Source of the DNA: Ministeria vibrans ATCC 50519
Taxonomy: Eukaryota > Protista > Filasterea
DNA length: 33,551 nt
NCBI GenBank assembly: GCA_943704425.1
Contig: CALSCP010001142.1
Coordinates: 1-33,551, forward strand
Direction: 5' to 3'
In this document: positions 8,699-26,375 of the stretch, piece after piece
Numbering within the stretch: position 1 is the first letter of the stretch
Layout of the letters: each line of letters opens with the position of its first letter
Program-made: the position numbers and the translations under genes
The notes under the pieces: model-generated
Told to the model about the DNA's origin: nothing
The model's database searches: none
What the model saw: the letters and a program-made list of their open reading frames with translations, nothing else

Positions 8699-9636
8699 AT
8701 GACAAACGCGCTTCAAACACCCACCCTGCAGTCTCCGCCGGTGTCTCTCGATTCAATCGCGGGTGGTGTACCACTACTCGTGGATAGCGACGACGACAAA
8801 GCTGCTAAGTTGCTTCTCCCTTTTTTTTGCTTGTGCAGACACCAAGACCGCCGTCAGCTTGCTGCACGATCTCAAGGCCAAGGCGGGCGCTGACTCTGCT
8901 AAATTCGAGGCTCTTGCCTCGGTGCTCGAGAGCGAGACCTTTACAGCTGTTGCCAAAACGTACGAGTCCTTTGAGAAGGTTCCCGGTAAGTGCACAAACG
9001 GACAACGCAACTCTACCTGCAACGTGCTGACTGGACGGGTTTTGTTGTGCAGAGAACGCCACAGAGGAGCAAAAGGCGGACGCAGTGGAGGCAGCAACGA
9101 CCGCTTCAGTGGAAGTATTCCAGGCGGCCGCTGCTTCACAGAAGGCGGAGCGAGTCGTACAGGTACAATACTCGCTTTAAGGTCGCTGTCGCTCGCTGAC
9201 TCTTCTTTTATGCAATCTCCAATCTCGTGTAGCTTCCTAAGGGCAAGGCTGGTCTCGGCTTCAACGTGATGGGTGGCTCCGAACAAATGTCCCCCATCTT
9301 CATCTCGCGCATCATCGAAGACGGTGTCGCAGCACAGCAAGGCGGTATGCCCCAACCTCTTCTTAGTTTCTCCACCCTAATTAATCACTGAATTTTCTCT
9401 CGACGATGTCGTCTCTCAGATCTGCAGCGAGGCGACATGATGCTCGCTGTGAACGGCGTATCAGTTGTCAACCAGACCCACGATTTTGCTGTGGGTCTGC
9501 TCAAGAGTGCTGTTGGCACCGTCGACTTGACTGTGCGCTCAGACATCGAAGGTAGTCCTTCCCACACGCTTCCATACACCACTTACTCAGCATTTCTTTG
9601 TCCTTTGTCTTTTCTTTTTTTTTTGTGTCTTTCACT

Positions 9637-9704
<68 letters not shown>

Positions 9705-9818
9705 TTTGTTCTTTTGCCCTCCTCTCTCTCTCTCTCTATCACTTTGTCTCTTTCTCTTAACTTCTATTTTGGTGTCACAGCTCTTGAGGAACTTGAGAGG
9801 AAGTTTGCAGAGAAGTAA
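8699..9818 (+). CDS. LIN7: LIN-7/Veli/MALS homolog (L27 + PDZ), 6 exons
   Basis: Spliced [40 protein letters not shown]|[16 protein letters not shown]...[17 protein letters not shown] and C-terminal ALEELERKF match LIN-7. N-terminal helical L27-like exon. GT-AG introns. Confidence 0.9.
9641..9701. repeat. (CT)n(AT)n microsatellite in last LIN-7 intron
   Basis: Directly visible. Confidence 0.9.
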
Positions 9819-10209
9819 GTGACTGGATTGACGTTGAAACGTGCAACTGATCCACGGATGTGTAGACGTGCGAGCCAGCGAGCCAGCGCAAAGAAGGACA
9901 AGCACAGTGTGGCCCCAACCGAGTAAACTCACTCGCAGCCTGTGCCACTTTCTTTTTTTTTTTTTTCATACACAACCTGTTATCTTTTACGTCACATCTA
10001 CATACATACAAAAGAGTAGAAAAATATAATAATATTAATAATAAAATTATTATTATTATATTACAAAGCGCACTTGGCCCAATGGCTTGTCAGCATAAGC
10101 TGTTACTCAAAGACCAAGTTGGTGATCGAGATCTCTTATTCTTTTCTTTATAGCCCTTACAATAATTTTCATCATAAAATTTTACAATTAAAGTACAATG
10201 GTGATCAAC

Positions 10210-11746
10210 TCAGTGGGGCGCGGACCAGACGGGACGCCAAGAGATAACGATTGATTTGGCTTCCACAAAAGAGAACAACAGATCGGGTGAGACGACAGGA
10301 CAGTCTGAGGCGGAGGCGGACACGGGCGAACTTGAGGGATGGCTGTCGGCGAGAGAGGCAGCCGCAGCACCCTGAGCAGTGGGTGCACGCAGAGTGGGCA
10401 GCGGCGACAATGAGATGTTGCCAAAGTCGCCATCAGGATGATGCATCACGGGCGAGGTTGATGAGGTGTGATACAGATAATCAAGAAGAAGAACGCACAG
10501 GAACAATGCTACGAACACACAGGCCGCAAGAATCAGTGTATGCCGCAGAGGGCGCTGTTGCGACCAGCTTGCCCGTGCGCGGTTGTGTGCTACCACCGCA
10601 CGAAGCGTCTCCAGAGCAAATGGACAAGCCTTCCAGTAGTTGGAAAATACTCGAGTGTACGCAAACGCCTCAGACTCACTCCTGTACGACATTAATAAAC
10701 GTAATCATCATAATAATTAGAAGAAGAAGAAGAAAATAATTAGAAAAAAAATGAAATAAAAGAAATGTTTGTGTGCGTACCGGTGGCGAAGGATGAGAGA
10801 GGTGCCAGGGGAGGGACACGATGACGACGATAACGACAATGATGATGACGATGACATGTTCAAGAGTAACGGGGCAACATGAGGATGAGTTGCAACAGCA
10901 CAGTGGAGCAGACGACAGCCCATAACAAAGGCGTTCTTTTTCGCAACCGTTCGACTTGAGCTCTCTTTGCAGCCTGTCGGCAGTGCCGATGACTGGATGA
11001 GAAGCATGGAACGCGTGAATAGGTACACGGCTGATGGTTGGAGCGTTGTAGGGTACTCCTGAAGAACACGGGCAAGTCGGACAAAATCGCGCAAGTGCAG
11101 CAACACCTCAAGAAGTTGGGGTAGCGCTACCGACATCGTCGCCGGGTGGAGTCGTGCCGGCGCGAGCAGAGTCAGCGCCTCGCGAGGCCTATCACCAGCC
11201 CGCATATACCGCGCCAAGTGGCACTTTGCGTACGAAAGGAGTGCTGAAGAGCGCGACGTTTCGCAGGGTGGCAGTCGGAGACGCCAGCGAGCACACAGGC
11301 GCTCTAGAGCTTGCTCACTGCCATTGGCTCCCGAGTCGTACAGAAGAAGTAAGAGTTCCGCGGCGGCAGTCTCAGTCGACCCACGGTCGTGAACAAGACG
11401 GCGAAGATGAGTCACCATGGAGCTGTGGTCGAACATGTCAGGCCAGGCGTCTGAGAAGGAAGGGAGCAGAGAGAGAGAGAGAGAGCAACAATGAAGAGAG
11501 TAAAAAAAACACTCTCTACGACTGAATTATCGAAGGTCGCGTACCTTTCAGCGAACGTTTAGTGTAAGAAGTGGAAAGGGGGTCATCACGTCGACAAATA
11601 AGTCGCAGTTGGAGGAGAAGTAGGCGTTGCTGGTCAATAAACGAAGTTTTTGCGGTTTCCATCGGCAACAAAAGAAAAGGGTTCTCATGGAGAATTTTGC
11701 CCGTCTTGCCGTCGCCCGAGTTGGTCGGTGATGGAGTACCTGACAT
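10210..11746 (-). CDS. ST7: ST7 (suppression of tumorigenicity 7)-like protein, 3 exons, with C-terminal TM helix
   Basis: YAKCHLARYMRAGDRPREAL..LLEVLLHL..AVATHPHVAPLLLNM..|SESEAFAY..YWK..AL parallels ST7 KRRLAMC..REAV..LLEALLEL..AVEFNPHVPKYLLEM..DSEAIAY..HWK..AL. Confidence 0.7.
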
Positions 11747-12032
11747 TTTAAATCGTAGACCAAAATGCAAAAAAAAAACTTGACTCACTCTCTTGAGAGT
11801 TGAGAAAATGTCAAAATGAGATGACTAAACAGATGTTGGTCTTCTTCCTCTGACCTTTCATCTGTGTAAAAACTGTAAATAAGCTTATTCAGCGTATTAA
11901 TTATTAAATTATAAAAGCGTGTTGAGTCACTGATGGCTGATGCCTGATGGCAGTTGTAATAATCTTCGTCTCTCCCAAAAGGATAATATAAATTAATTTT
12001 TCAATATTATTTTATAAAAAATAAATAATTCG

Positions 12033-14255
12033 ATGAACAGGATTGTTATCCTGGCTGCAGCCATAGTAGGCTGCTTGGGTGCAAGCAGCACGCCCAACAT
12101 CATTGTCTTTCTCGCGGACGACGTTGGCTATGGCGACTGGCCGAACCATCCCACCATGCTCACGCCAAACCTCGACAAGCTCGCCAACAGTGGCATGCGC
12201 TTCACGCAGTTCTACACCGCCTACTCTATTTGCACTCCGTCACGCAGGTACGCTCAGTTTACCTCAAATCACATTTCATATTCTCTCTCGCTTTTTTGTC
12301 TTCTCCCGTCTCAGCGGAATGTTGACTGGACGTCTTCCGGTTCGCTCAGGTGTCTACAGCAAACACGATCCTCCTGTCCTCGACAACGTCTTTCGCGTAC
12401 GATGCAAGAATACAAACGCAATCCTCACTATTACTTCTTCAACAACCCAAATTTTCAATACCTTTCTAGGTATTCACTCCAAACTCGTATGGTTCTTTGC
12501 CTGCGACCGAGATTACGCTTGGGAACCTGCTGCGCAAAGCTGGCTACTCTACTGGTCTGGTTGGCAAGGTTTGCAAAGAGACGAGTTGAGGCTGAGTCAG
12601 CTAATTTGTTGCCTTCTGCGCTCTTGCAGTGGCACCTCGGCACATACAACAATTCGCTTCCGCTCCACCGTGGCTTTGATTATTATTACGGCATTCCCTA
12701 TGCGCAAGACGAAGGGTGCCCTCCCGAGCCTTGCCACAGCGTAAAGAACTTTTAAAAATGTGTGTCACAAGGTGTTTGACGCACTATATTGTTCCGCAGT
12801 GGCAGCATTTGTTTCCGGGCGTTCCTCTGATCGAAGGCGATACCATCATTGAGCAGCCAGTCGACTTGAACACCTTGACGCCGCGCTACAACGACAAGGC
12901 GACGGCGTTTGTCGACCGCGCTCTCGACAAGAAGCAACCCTTCTTCCTCTACTTTGCCTACGACGAGGCGCACATCCCACTCTTTGCCTCCAACAAGTTT
13001 ATGAACACCTCTCGACGTGGACTCTATGGCGATGCCGTTGCAGGTACTCTCTATCTTTTATATTTATCATTATTAGACAGCTTTTGTACAATTATGAAAT
13101 GTATTGGAAACGCCATTGCCACTTCCCTTTCCCGTTTTTTTTCTTTTTTTTCTTTTCAATTTGCCCGTTCAATTTTTCGCGGAAACCCCCCCACAAAGAT
13201 TCGACACCATATTGATCAAGTGTTGGTCATGTGGTGTGAGTGGATTTATTGTCTTTTTTGTTGTCTGATCTGAAAAGCGCAATAAATCTTAATAATAATA
13301 ATAGTTCTCACTGCGATCCAGCATGCGACGTACCTGTGGCGACACACGCGCGCGACAATAATCCAATAATCCCATCCTCCTTTTTTCTCAGAAATGGACG
13401 ACAGCATTGGGCGAATGATGGAGCACCTGAAAGCACGCGGAGAGCTGAACAATACGCTGGTGGTATTTAGCAGCGACAACGGCGCATGGACGGGCCAGGG
13501 GCTGTCGGGAGGCAGCAACGGACTGTTCCGCGGGGGCAAAGGCTCGACATGGGAGGGTGGCTACCGCATGCCCTGCGTCTTCTCCTGGGCCGACCACATT
13601 CCTGCGGGCACCGTGAACCAGAAACAGGCTAGTCTTATGGACCTCTTCGCGACTTTTGCTGAGGTCGCAGACGTGCCTGTGCCCACCGACCGTGTTCTCG
13701 ACTCTGTCTCCCTCCTTCCCATCCTCCTCGACGCTCATTCCGTAACGCTAGTTCACAAAAAATAATCATGTTTCGTCTTATTTTACGACTATTTTAGCTA
13801 TTATTATTGTTGTTATTATGTGGTATCTTTTCTCCCTCTCTCTCTTACCCGCTGATTTTTTTTATATATAGTCTTCAGTTCCGCGCGACTCGTACATATT
13901 TTATCGACAGCATACCGTGTATGCCATTCGCACAGGTGCGTACAAGGCACACTTCCTGACGCGCCCCGGTTTTGGCGACGATCACATGCCCGAGCACCAC
14001 GACCCTCCGCTACTCTTCAACCTGGAGCACGACCCTGCCGAGGCACTGCCCCTCAATGCCACTCAGTACCCTGATGTGCTCGCTCGCGTCAACGACATCC
14101 TTAAACAGCACGAGAGCACCCTCGTCAAGGGCGAGCCCCAACTCGATCACTGGGACTGGACCTTTAGCATTTGTCCCTGCTGCAACAAAACCACAAAGTG
14201 CCACTGCAACAACGAGTTCAACCCGTACGTTACCGTCGACCTCGACCTGCACTAG
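12033..14255 (+). CDS. Arylsulfatase (ARSA-like, FGly-dependent sulfatase), 7 exons, signal peptide
   Basis: NIIVFLADDVGYGD, CTPSR-SGMLTGR, GK|WHLG, SSDNG, GGKGSTWEGGYR, PPLLFNLEHDPAE, assembled across GT-AG introns. Confidence 0.92.
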
Positions 14256-14290
14256 CAAACATTTGCACACCACTCTAGTAGACATGTGTG

Positions 14291-14560
14291 AACATAAACA
14301 TATGAAGAAGAAGACATTTCCAATTTATTATCAATTAAGAAGAAGAAGAATACAACCCATTACAAACGAGAAGCGTCAACGCAAACAGCTCAGAACCACT
14401 TTATAAGCTACAGAAGCGTCGAGAAGAAACAAAGATAGGTTGGCTGTTGGCAAAAAAAACACAAACACAACATAAACATATGACATTTCCAATTTATTAT
14501 CAATTACAAACGAAAAGCGTCAACGCAAACAGCTCAGAACCACGTCTTTCTAAGCTACAA
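14291..14560. repeat. Local direct duplication (14291-14399 / 14469-14543) differing by (AAG)n-tail insertions
   Basis: acataaacatatg...acatttccaatttattatcaatt...gcgtcaacgcaaacagctcagaaccac is present twice. Confidence 0.85.
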
Positions 14561-14621
14561 AAAAAACTTTAAACGGAAAGAATTGCTTAACACCAACCGA
14601 AGAAAGAAAAAGAAAGCGAAA

Positions 14622-14715
14622 CAATAATAATAATAATAATAATAACAATCACAATAACAATAATTATTATAATAATAATAATAATAATAACATTAACAAT
14701 CACAATAACAATAAT

Positions 14716-14760
<45 letters not shown>

Positions 14761-14860
14761 CATAGTAATAATAATAATCAGTAGTAGTAATAAAATAAAA
14801 AAATAATAGTAATAATAATAATTAATAGTAATAATAATATTATTATTAATTTTATTATAT
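14622..14860. repeat. Imperfect (TAA)n microsatellite
   Basis: Directly visible. Confidence 0.9.
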
Positions 14861-14901
14861 TGATGGTCAATTGAAAAGCAAAAAAAAAATGCAGGGAATA
14901 T

Positions 14902-15017
14902 AGGTCCAACGCGGATTCGAACCGCGGTCTTACGGTTCAAAGCCATACGTGCTAATTGGCGCAAGTTAAAATCCATGGGGAGATTTTTGCATCGCGAAAC
15001 CACTACACCATAGGACC
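14902..15017 (-). tRNA. tRNA-Gln(UUG) with a non-canonical 44-nt D-loop intron (14954..14997)
   Basis: Minus strand reads GGTCCTATGGTGTAGTGGTT[44 nt]AGCACGTATGGCTTTGAACCGTAAGACCGCGGTTCGAATCCGCGTTGGACCT. Removing the insert gives a 72-nt cloverleaf with intact A and B boxes. T-run terminator at 14880-14889. Confidence 0.88.
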
Positions 15018-15226
15018 GTGCTGATTCCAAATTTTTCCTTAAAATGATATATAATATCATTTTTGATTTAGTTGTAATTTTTGCTCTTCCTTGCCCGCTT
15101 CGTACTCTTTAATTCAACTTACAGACACTGTTGCGTCCTACTAATTCTTTCTGTGCTTACTATAATCAAAGTTAGTCGCTTTTTTTTATATTCACATTTT
15201 TATTCTATTCGTCTTTGGGCACTATC

Positions 15227-15888
15227 ATGTCCACTCACACAGCTCAACGTCGTATTGACGATGCCTTTGTACCGGCGGCACGACGCAACGAAGTCAAGGG
15301 CAAGCAGGCGAAGTTGCTGAAAACTTCGAGTGATGCGCGCTCCACTCCCGACAGGGAGTCTTCAATTGCCACCGAGAAGAGTGCCTCGTCGTTAATAGGT
15401 AAAGCTCGACCTCTCATTTGCTGCAGTGAGTAGAACGGGAAAATTGAATGAGGAGAAGGAAAAAAAAAAGCAAAGTTTGCCGGTTGGCCCAAATGGGTTG
15501 ATGTAGCATTTGTTGTCCTTTGCTCTTGTTACAAGTGGGATGCTAGTCACTTGTGTATGTACATTTGCGCTTAATCCGACGCCATTTGCCGCTTTGTAGA
15601 GTCCAGTGAACTTTTGTTGCGAGCCTTTGACCTTGACTCGGCGTACGGTCCTTGCATGGGAATGACGCGTTTAGAAAGGTGTGTTTGCAACCTTGGAACC
15701 ACTACCAAGACCCAACAACTCTGCTCGTCTGACCAGTGTTGGCCTTCTCTTACAACTTTAGGTGGGAACGAGCAAAGCGCAACGGTCTTTCGCCGCCTCA
15801 AGAGGTCCACGCGATTCTTATGGGCTTTCCCTCCAACCACACCTCACACGGACACCTTTGGGCTGGCACAATCGTTGATCGCATGTAA
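15227..15888 (+). CDS. POLD4: DNA polymerase delta subunit 4 (p12/Cdm1), 3 exons
   Basis: PIP-like QRRIDDAF. LRAFDLDSAYGPCMGMTRLER|WERAKRNGLSPPQEV..HLW. Confidence 0.9.
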
Positions 15889-16163
15889 CATTGATAATAA
15901 AAAGATTTTTTTGCTGTTCACTCGTTCTCTCTCTCTCACACACCCAACCACAAGAAATACATCCTTCTCACTCGAAAGGCAACTTAGCTCACAAAAGAGG
16001 ATTGGCAGTCGCAGCAGGCAATAAAGCCGCGCGACAAAATGCCTTCATCTCCAAGCGAACCCGCTTCACGTCCCTCTCTCTCTTGACTCCTCAACCTGCC
16101 CCTCTGACTCCACCGACCTGTCCCTATCTCTCTCGCTTCGCACACTCACTACTCACTCGCCAC

Positions 16164-21012
<4,849 letters not shown>

Positions 21013-21203
21013 CGTGATCCAACAGTGTTATACAAATAATTGTGTGAACTGTGAAATCGGAAATTTAATAGAATCACTTGCACTGACTACTCGCGCGTGC
21101 CTTCGATCACCACGACGCCGTTCGTTAAAGGCTTCCCCTTGTCTACACTAGCGCTAAATCAATCGTTCACGCACCTCAACTTTCGAAGAATTTCATTATT
21201 GCA

Positions 21204-22967
21204 CTATACATTGCGCGACCGTTTCGCCCTGGACCCTTCGTCATTGTCGTCGTCGCGGCGACGACTTCGGACCGCACTGGCATTCGCACCACTGGCACTC
21301 GCACCACCTCCTGCCGCACTGCGGTGACGTGCGACCTCACCCTGGAACCACGGGCTCTGCTGACCTCGCGACGTGTCCTGGTCCAACAGGTGTGTGTACT
21401 TTGTGCGCCCGGCCCGGCCAAAATTCTTCACCTGCATCACCTTGGGCAACGCCGTTTTGTCCACCTTGTCTTCGAGCGTCGGTTCGTTCACGTTGCGCTT
21501 AAGCACCTCGGCATCCTCATCCAGATAGTATGCGCCTCGATGATACCACTTCTGCATGTATGACATGGCGCCCTTCTCCGCCTCGTTTGTCACCACTCGC
21601 CCTCGCTCCTCGTCGTCCCGCGCCAGCTCTTCTGCCGTCATCCCTCGTCGTCGCTCAATGTCTTCCGCCTCCCGCTCAAACGCTTCCCGCTCTTCGCGCT
21701 CCCGTTTAATTCGTGTCAACTCACGAACCTACAAGACAAGAATAATTAATGTAAAAATAAAATTAATTAGTAATGTACAAATAAAAATTAATAATAATAA
21801 TAATAATAATATTATTTAAAAAAAACTACTCTCGAGATAGTCAACAATTGAACAAGTGTAAAATAAATGCATTACCTTCCAGGCTTCAAAGGCAAGCTCC
21901 TCGTCCGCGTCGTCTGTATCATCAATCACGTTGGGAGCCGTCGCATCCTTCTCCTCATCCTCTCGTCGCAACACTGTTTCCACCAACGCCCGCGACTCCT
22001 CTTTCCGCTCCACCAATTTCTCCACCAACGCCTCCTCCCGTTCCAACGCTTGTTTCTCCTCTTCTTCCGCCTCGCGAATCGTCACGCGTTGGTCCTTCCG
22101 GATAAACACGGGCTTCAAGCGAATTTCCTCCTCTTCCTCACTGCTACTCTCGCTCTCGTCGCTGTCATCCTCATCACTCTCGTCGTCGTCGTCTTCCTCC
22201 TCATCATCACCACCATCACCATTCTCGTTTCCTCCATCCTTCTCATTGTCGTTGCCTCCCCCACGTCTCTTGTGCCTCCCTACCATCGCAAACAGCTCCT
22301 TCTCCTCTTCATCCTTACACTCGGCCGCGAGTTGTCGTGCTCGCGCACGTCTTCGTGCCAACGCCAACTCATCGTCCTCTTCATCGTCCTCGTCCAAAGT
22401 GTCGGGTGCAACCGCAGCCGTCGCGCCGGCGACCCCATCGTCGTTCGCACGTCGCCGAATCACCACGGCCGCATCACTACTCTCTTCTTGTCCTCGTAAG
22501 CGCGACCGAACTACCACAGCGGCGCCGCCATCGTGCTCCCTCCCCTCCTCCTCCTCCTCCCCTCCTCGCAATCGGCCGTGGCGGTGGGGGGGGGCGTCGT
22601 CGGCGCTGTCGTCGTCGTCGTCGGCGGCGTGTCGCTGTCGATGGCGAGCATGGCGATCACTCCACGATTCGCCCGTCTCCTGCGCTCCCATCAGCCTCCG
22701 TAGCCGTCTATCGTTCACCTCGCCACGTGAAACTACCATGCTCGCAGCTTCAGCATCTGCTGCAGCGTCTTCACGACGACTCAAAGAGCCCTTCCCGTCT
22801 CCATTTCCCGCCAACGCTTTCGTCGTCTTCTCAAACGCGATGTCCTCTTCACCGTCGCTCTCGCTCTCACTTCCCCGCATCCCCGACTCTGTTGCAAAGT
22901 CGGGCACCTTCCCCGCCTGGTATCGACGCACTTTGGCGCGACCGCCACTCGGCAGAGCTGAAGACAT
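21204..22967 (-). CDS. MFAP1: MFAP1/Spp381 spliceosomal B-complex protein, 2 exons
   Basis: KVRRYQAGKVPDFA, RLKPVFIRKDQRVT, FEAWK|VRELTRIKRERE, YMQKWYHRGAYY, LPKVMQVKNFGRAGRTKYTHLLDQDT. Confidence 0.95.
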
Positions 22968-23398
22968 TGGTTTTGTGTATATTCGTCAAAAAAATTAATA
23001 ATTTTTATACGAATAGAGGAGTCAAAAAAAAACTCAAGTCTCAAAGCGCATTCGATTGATAAAAATAAAATGTTTCTGTGCCTCCGTACATTCTTTTCAT
23101 GGGTGTATCAGTGGGTCTATGGGCGTCTTTAAACTTGAAGTCTACGGCGAAAGTATTGTGCTGCTCTTTGGTATATACTTTTGTTTTGATCAAGTACAGC
23201 TCTTGATTATTATTTTTATTTACTTTTTGATAATAAATTGGAATGTATCTTTTTCGTCTTCTTCAGTTCTTTCTCATTATCAATAATTGGAAAAGTCTTC
23301 TTTTTCTTCAGTAAAATAATTTCTTTGTCATATATAATTGAAAAGGTTAGGCAGTTTGTTTTGTTTCAAAGAATAATCAGAGTTGGTAAGGGCGCTCA

Positions 23399-25088
23399 TC
23401 ACGATCCGAGGTGGCACGAGAGCGCATCTATTGAAAGAGTTATTAGTACTCGGTGTTCGCTGGTTCGTTGCGATACCTTTCGAAAGGAGGCAGGCTGAGA
23501 GGGTTCGGGAGGTGTCACAAGAGTGGCCGCGGCGGACGTAATGTCCGGGACCTTCTCACTCGACGGTGGACTACGTAGACACACACATGTATATGTATGC
23601 ATATATGTCAGCAAGAAGAAGGTCAAAAGACAAACAGATACAAATTTCACCTTCTCAACATTTCCTGATTGGCCGCAGCAAGGGTTCGCTCGAGCGATGA
23701 TGGCGAGGAAGACGACCCAGACATGGAGGTGGGCGCGTTGACCGTGGCAGCGGTAATGATACTGGACGCTGCCGACATGGAGGCCGCCGTGGGTACAGCC
23801 GCCTCTTCGGATGGGTCCTCCTCGGGTGTCGCCGAGTTGCCAAACAACTTGGCCGACCACAATACCGACAACTTCCGTCTGGGCACCGGTCCTTTGTTGT
23901 CGCGCAAAATACCCGGCCATCGTCGCGGCTGAACGCCTCCCGTACCCGACACGGAGAAGCACACACGTCGTACAGGTGTCTGAAAGGCAGCCTGTGCGAG
24001 TTTGAACGGCGTAGGTGTATTCGGTGAACTCTATTAAAAACAGCGGTGTGTGAGGCACTGAACAAATCATAAACAAAAGGTCTAAAACTATTACGGGTTT
24101 TTTCTTAACGGGCGTTGACAAAGTTGCCATGGCAAGGGCTGCTTCGGCTTCATCGGATTTGGTAGGCGACGACGCTCGCACAGCGCCAAAGAGCACGCTC
24201 GGTGTCGTCTCGTCGTCGAGTCGCTGCCGTTTGGCACGCCGACGCGCATTAGCTCGACGCCCGTGATCGTCCTGATCCCCTTCGTCGTCGTTGTCGTTGT
24301 TGCTCTGATGGTGGCGGTGATAATCATCGCTGTCGTCGGCACATGCAATGGCCATGGCGGCTGCCGTGCTTGCCAGGGAGGCCGCAGAACGCTTGACGGG
24401 GGTGCGGAAGAACGCTGAAGGAGACAGAGCAGGGTTGCTGTCTTCGTTGTGTGCTGTCGTCGTTGATGAAGTCGGAGCTGCTGCTGCTGCTGCTGCTGTA
24501 GTGGTACGTGGTGGAGAGCCAACAGCGGCGCCTTTCGAGGAACGACTTCGTAAAATGTGTGGTGTGTGGTAGCGGCCGCGGCGATAGGGCCCATGCGAGA
24601 AGAAGTTGCCATTTGCAGCAGGACCACCATTGCCAGGTGACAGTGGAGTTCGGAGTGCATCGTTGACCCAGCTAGGCAGCGGTACGTCATCCGCGCCGTC
24701 GGGTGCGTCGTCGTCACACACATTCACAAAGATGTTGTCGTCCATCGGTGGGTGGCTGGAGCGCGGCGCGGTAGTCTCGCTCGCCAAAGCGGCAGCGCTC
24801 GCAGTGGATCGTTTCGCGCGCGTCGAAGTCGTCCTTGAAGCACTCTTGGTGGTTGTGACAGTGTGTCGTAGGGGCGAGCTCAATAATAGCTCGCTGAGGT
24901 CGTCGGTGTTCAAGTCGACAACCGCCTGGTTCACGTCCGACTCGCCAAAGTTGAGACGCAGGGGCATTATATCAAATGACGGAATGAACGAGTCGTTGTC
25001 GACCGACGAGTGAATCTCGGGCGACAGACTCAGTGGGAACAGGCCCGGGGTCGCTCCGGAAGGCTTGTCGCTCGCAGCGTGTGCCGCA

Positions 25089-25126
<38 letters not shown>

Positions 25127-26375
25127 AGTGGCAGTGGCAGCAGCAGCAGCGTTGGTGGTCGATGACGCTGCTGGCTCAAGAGGTGGCGAGCGAAGCATCT
25201 CAGCGAGGTTCTTGGTGCCGGCAGTCATGGCCATGGCCTTGGCCGACGCCTTACGAGAGCGAGCACTTCGCGATGAGTGTGACAGTGGTGGTGGAGAGAC
25301 TGCAGTTGCTGAGGGCTGGCGACGATAGGGGTGATGCTGGTGATGTCGGTAGGCCGACGAGGAGGTGCTCGTCGAGGAAGGAGGTGTGTGTGGTGAAAGA
25401 GCTGTGGTCGTCGTCGTGGTGGTGGTGCTGGCGGTAGTGGGTCGCTGTGCGGTCCCAGGCACGGCAGCGACATCATCATCAAACGCGTCCGGCATCGACA
25501 ACATCACAGCGGAACGCACGCGTCCCGTTCCCAGCGGTGTCAGAGGCTCAAAGCTTGCTCGCTCCGCCGCTATGGCACGCGCCCTCTTACTGCTGCTGCC
25601 GCTGCTGCTGCTCCCGCCGCTGCGCCTCGATCCACCACTCGATCCCACGTGACTGCCCGTGGGAGACTCGGACACCTTCTTTTTCATGGTCGAGTTCCAA
25701 TGGTTCTTGATGGCATTGTCCGTGCGCCCAGGCAGTCGTCGTGCAATCTCGGCCCATCGATTTCCCAGTTCCGAGTGTGCCTGTAATATCTTAGCATCCT
25801 CCTCCTCGGTCCAGGGTCCCTTACGAATGCCTGGGTTCAAGTGGTTGTGCCACCTAAGTGAGAAAAATACAATATGAATGATAATTAGAAAAACTCCAAA
25901 AGAAAAAAAAACCTTGTACGAACCTTTCTCGACATTGTTTCCCGATGCGACCTTGCAAGTGGTGCGCGATTTGCGACCACTTCTTGGGGCCAAGCTCGCC
26001 AACAAGGCGAATCACAAGGTTGTCTTCCTCCTCGGTCCACGAGCCTTTCACCAGGTCCGGGTTGAGCACCTTTTGCCAGCGACTCAAGACTTGCGCTTCA
26101 TTTTTGTCACCCACCGCCGCCGCCACAGCCTCCCAGTCCACGTCGGCCGGCGAGGGAAAGCGTGCAACTGCACTCTTCAAGGCCTCGTCCTGACACTTGG
26201 TCCAGCGACTGCGGCTTCCGCGGTGGTGCCGTCGTCGAAGCGATTGACTCAAGCTGCTCCCTCCGCTTGCGCTCACACGGCTGCTCATCGGCGACTCGTC
26301 CGTCACCGACGGATCCGAGTCCTCGCCATCCGAGTACTCGTCACTGTAGTATAAGTCCTCTGCGATTCGCGACAT
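23399..26375 (-). CDS. Three-repeat (R1R2R3) Myb transcription factor, B-Myb-like; 3' end approximate
   Basis: R1 [20 protein letters not shown]2 [20 protein letters not shown]|WHNHLNP, R3 [22 protein letters not shown]. Downstream TPHILR and TPTPFK motifs. Confidence 0.92.

Noticed and set aside
21931-22998. 355-aa Ser-rich + strand ORF
   Set aside because: Antisense shadow of acidic MFAP1. The same applies to the many + strand ORFs over NOT4 and Myb.
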